This document shows, piece after piece, positions 60,679 to 64,000 of a stretch of DNA of 64,000 bases (positions are counted from its first letter, which is position 1; each line of letters begins with the position of its first letter). The position numbers and the translations under genes were made by a program. Origin of the DNA: Nitrospirota bacterium (GTDB lineage: Bacteria; Nitrospirota; UBA9217); assembly GCA_963740085.1 (NCBI GenBank), contig CAVUCU010000001.1, forward strand, positions 1,088,001 to 1,152,000. The letters are read 5' to 3'. A model generated the notes under the pieces. That model did no database searches. It was not told the DNA's origin and saw only the letters and a program-made list of their open reading frames with translations.

Positions 60679-61822
60679 ATGGAGCATGGTTTTAGGTCAT
60701 ACGGTGTTTTTTTCATGGAGTCTTCCTTGTTCTTTGTCAGGTCCGCGCGGCAGAAGCCTTTCATTCCGGAGGGGCTGCGAGAGTGCAAGGAATGTCATGA
60801 AGACAACGAAGGGCTCTTTACGCGGATCCGATGCAAGCTCCACCTGTCTTCGTTGCCATCAGGCGCCGCAGGGTACGCGGGAGCCCATTGGCCATTATAT
60901 TGCAACCAATAGCGTCGATCTTGGGGCCGGTATGCCGCCCTCACAATTAACTCCTGGTGGAGACTTCGGCTATTTAAAGAAGAGCTACTTCTGGAAAACC
61001 GCGGGAACGACAGGGCGCAGCCCTGGTGAACGGCACGGCCATAACATTGTTGCGGACGACTATGGGTATATCGCAGACAGTAAGATGTTGAGCAAACCGG
61101 GAGAAGTCTATCCCAATGGCCGGCTTTCCTGTATCAGCTGCCATGATCCGCACGGAAAAATTTCGAACGGTGTATATCGCATGCTGGGGGGAATTGGCTA
61201 TAAAACAAGTTTAGTGCCGGGCATGGTTTTCAATGCCGATGCACCTGTCGCTGTTGCTCCACACGACTACAACAGGTCTGAGGCCGTTACGGACACGAGG
61301 GTCGCGTATGGCAAGGGGATGTCCGAATGGTGCTCAAATTGCCATACGAACGGATGTTCAGGCGCGTATGGACATCCTGTCTGCAACGGTGCCCGGTGCA
61401 CGACTGAGATCATCTCCAATTACGGCGCCTATGTGAAATCAGGTGATATCAATGGAAGAAGGGACGCTTCATATACTTCACTCGTTCCATTCGAAGAAGG
61501 GACCGACGACAGGTCGATGCTCGCACAGCATGCCCGATTCGACGGCAGCTATGCATCGGGTCCCGGGTATGGTTCCAATGTTATGTGCCTCACCTGTCAC
61601 AGGGCTCATGCATCATCCTGGGACCATATGACCCGATGGAACATGACTGCGACCTTTATCGTTTATAAAGGCGTTTACCCGGGAACCGATAATAGTTCAT
61701 CTGAGGAGTATGCTCAGGGTCGCACGGCTGCCGAGACGCAAAGAGCCTTCTATGACAGACCGCATACGCAGTTTGCTAGCTACCAGAGGGGTCTTTGCAA
61801 CAAGTGTCATATAAGAGACTGA
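60679..61822 (+). CDS. omcS: OmcS-family hexaheme cytochrome c; the 5' ~140 nt is split over three frames (frameshifted gene or pseudogene)
   Basis: AAGGAG RBS; AEA|FHSGG; CKECH, CLRCH, CISCH, CSNCH, CLTCH, CNKCH; blocks TPGGDFG, GHNIVA, TRVAYG.GMSEWC, CHRAHAS and YQR.LCNKCH match OmcS as recalled. Confidence 0.85.
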
Positions 61823-61889
61823 GGTGCCCTCAACTCATCGCATTCGTCGGATATCTTCTTCGAGACCCCTCATTCCCGCTCATCGCGTC

Positions 61890-62165
61890 TTATCGGGTTG
61901 TGCCGCTCCCTATCTCGACCGGTTGTGTGTGGCAGCGCTGACAATCCAGCAAGGGAAATGCGACCTTGTCATGGCAAACGCCGCAGTATTGACCGTTGAC
62001 AATCTGAAACAGGGTATACTTCGTTGCGCCCTTCTTCACGTTGGGAAATATCTCCGGGTGGCAGACCTCGCAGCCGTTCCGGACAGCGTGTTTCTTATGC
62101 GAAAAAAGCACCCTGTCCATCCAGGGTGCTTTTAAATCTATCAGAAAGTCCTTTTGCGGTTTCAA
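61890..62165 (-). CDS. Triheme c7-like cytochrome domain, apparently N-terminally truncated
   Basis: FSHKKH, CEVCH, CGVCH..VAFP, CQRCH; no signal peptide, and an in-frame TAA lies shortly upstream. Confidence 0.7.
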   Translation of the reverse strand: MKPQKDFLIDLKAPWMDRVLFSHKKHAVRNGCEVCHPEIFPNVKKGATKYTLFQIVNGQYCGVCHDKVAFPLLDCQRCHTQPVEIGSGTTR

Positions 62166-62301
62166 GTGTGGCCGCAGAGTGTTGTTCAGCAGCCTGTCAG
62201 ATGAACGATGATATCCGGAGCGGTGGTTTTTTTACCTCTCTGTGCCGGGGGATGCGCCTCGCACCACGACCACGAGCCGGCATGCTTTGTTGAAAAGGGC
62301 G

Positions 62302-63207
62302 CTATTCAGCGATCTCATATATCTGGACGCGGTTATTGCCCCTGTCCGCGACAAAAAACTCTCCCTCATCATTGATACAGGCTTGCGACGGATAGCGGAG
62401 CAGGCCTTCCTTCCATCCCATGGCCATCTGCCGCCCCTGGAATGTTCCATCCTGGCCGATAATGACGATGTCCCCGCCGGTCTGGTCAACAAGGTAAATG
62501 GTCCCCTTCTTGTCCGTGGTGATGCTGGTCGGGAAGTACACGGTATCTTTCATGCTTTGCGTCAAAGGGGTAAATTTTTTGGCATCCTTGGGAGCGGAAT
62601 AGACAACGGATTCAACGCTGTCGATCAGCAGGACCGTTTCCCTGGGATCAACCGCAAGGTCGGAAATGAACCCGTAATTGTCCGGGAAGGCGATGTTTCT
62701 CAGGAATTTTCCTTCGGCATCAAGCACCACGACATTCGCCGAAAAAATATCCAGAACATACAGGTTGCCGTTCGCGGCTACCTTGAAGCTCCGAGGCACG
62801 ATCGGCGAGGAGCCGGGCATCCCGGACGGTTCAACGTATCCCTTGAACTCTCCCTCGGGACTCAGGCGCACGATACGCCGCTGTTTTTCATCAAGTGCCA
62901 GGATGTTCCCGCTGCCGTCGATCTGCAGTCTCACCGGATAGGTTAATTGCGGCACTTTCAAGTCCGGTCCGGCCACCAATGTCTTGTTCTGGAAGGAGTA
63001 TCGCACGAGCCTGCCGTTGCCCGTATCGGCCACCACAAATTGCGAGTCCTTGCCGCAGGCAACGCCCTCGGGCTTCTTGAATCCCTTTTGCTGCGAATCC
63101 TGATACACGCTCACGATATGCTGCAGCTTCACCACGGCGAATCCCGTCGAGCTCAGGATAAAAAGCGCGGTCAGCGTTGTCAGGGCGGTCCGAATGATCA
63201 TTCTCAT
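62302..63207 (-). CDS. Exported NHL-repeat beta-propeller protein
   Basis: Signal peptide; repeated P..VA....F.VAD.GN.R units. Confidence 0.85.
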   Translation of the reverse strand: MRMIIRTALTTLTALFILSSTGFAVVKLQHIVSVYQDSQQKGFKKPEGVACGKDSQFVVADTGNGRLVRYSFQNKTLVAGPDLKVPQLTYPVRLQIDGSGNILALDEKQRRIVRLSPEGEFKGYVEPSGMPGSSPIVPRSFKVAANGNLYVLDIFSANVVVLDAEGKFLRNIAFPDNYGFISDLAVDPRETVLLIDSVESVVYSAPKDAKKFTPLTQSMKDTVYFPTSITTDKKGTIYLVDQTGGDIVIIGQDGTFQGRQMAMGWKEGLLRYPSQACINDEGEFFVADRGNNRVQIYEIAE

Positions 63208-63214
63208 GATTGCA

Positions 63215-64000
63215 TTACCTCTTCAGCTGTTCGTGGCACTGGACGCAGAGATCCATGCCGAATTGAAAGTGGGCCAGGCGTTTCTGGTCAGATCCGTGCG
63301 ATTTATGGCAGCTCAGGCAGTCGAGCGTCAGGTTCTTGTTCCTCGGGTCTATTGCCTTTTCTCCTATCGGGTGCGACGAATGATGCGTGAAGTCGTGACA
63401 GGTGCTGCAGAGCGCAATGACGTCCTTGTCATTCAGCAGGAGGACATTATCGGAGGCATGAGGAGAATGGCAGGTCGTGCACATCCCTTGCTCCACGGGA
63501 ACGTGCTTGGAAAGGGCCTTCTCCTGTCTCGTGATCGTGTCCTTGTGACAACCACCGCAGACGTCCTTCATCGAGTCCCCCTATCAGGAGGGACGCCTGC
63601 TTCGAAGCGTGAGGGTTATGACAGTTCAGACAGCCCCGACGGTCCAGCAGGGGCCAGTGGATCCGGTTCTTCGACAAGGCCGAATTGACCATGTCGTAGT
63701 GGCATCCGCGGCAGAGCTCAAAGCCGGTCTTCTTGGTCTTGAACGGCGTTGTTGAGGTGGGCTCTTCGTGACACTGGTTGCACAACTTATTTGCGACCGG
63801 GGGGTGCACGGTATCATAGAGCAGGGAGCTCCGCGATGACCCGTGCGGATTATGGCACGTCGTGCAACGGGCATTGCCGACAGGATAATTCGCATGGGCT
63901 TTGAGGAAGAACGGCTTGTCGGTCTGATGGCAGTCCTTGCAGAGGCCGGGGACGTCCTTCTTGAGGAGATGAAGGGCCGCGGTCGACGCGTGGGGATCGT
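63215..64000 (-). CDS. Large multiheme cytochrome c (at least 10 CxxCH, paired CxxCHxPH type); frameshift at G5 run 63577..63581; 5' end outside the window
   Basis: Manual translation gives CKDCH, CTTCH, CNQCH, CRGCH, CLNCH, then after the shift CGGCH, CTTCH, CSTCH, CLSCH, CVQCH. Confidence 0.85.

Noticed and set aside
1-64000. CRISPR array, tRNA/rRNA, transposase or integrase
   Set aside because: No identical spaced direct repeats, cloverleaf or rRNA signatures, or recombinase motifs were found by eye.

Overview
A GC-rich bacterial chromosome segment; gene content and order suggest a Nitrospirota- or Desulfobacterota-like anaerobe (inference only). From left to right: (1) a truncated MerR-like gene, then a minus-strand MSHA-like type IV pilin cluster (PilC/MshG platform, four pilins including a near-identical tandem pair, three minor pilins, a 685-aa PilX-like tip protein) with a TMTC-like GT-C/TPR glycosyltransferase inside it; (2) rho-rpmE-DUF1385-prfA-prmC-murA-hisD-hisG; (3) a 13-kb block splitting the his genes (PAS-GGDEF cyclase, exported DUF255 protein, 2884-aa cyclic beta-1,2-glucan synthase); (4) hisC-B-H-A-F, where hisF carries an in-frame TGA; (5) adk, rng, a radical SAM gene and rodA-mrdA-mreDCB; (6) RNA methylase, two ABC-F ATPases, an LtaS-family enzyme, ppnP and an HDAC-family enzyme; (7) a multiheme cytochrome cluster with an OmcS-family (nanowire-type) hexaheme gene whose 5' end is split over three frames, an NHL beta-propeller, a frameshifted cytochrome with at least 10 CxxCH motifs, and two HAMP proteins. 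Many intergenic gaps hold degenerate tandem-repeat elements with periods of 6-10 nt, mostly as inverted arms; some are nested and some lie in-frame within genes. No rRNA, tRNA, CRISPR array or transposase was seen. All family assignments come from motif recognition without database searches.
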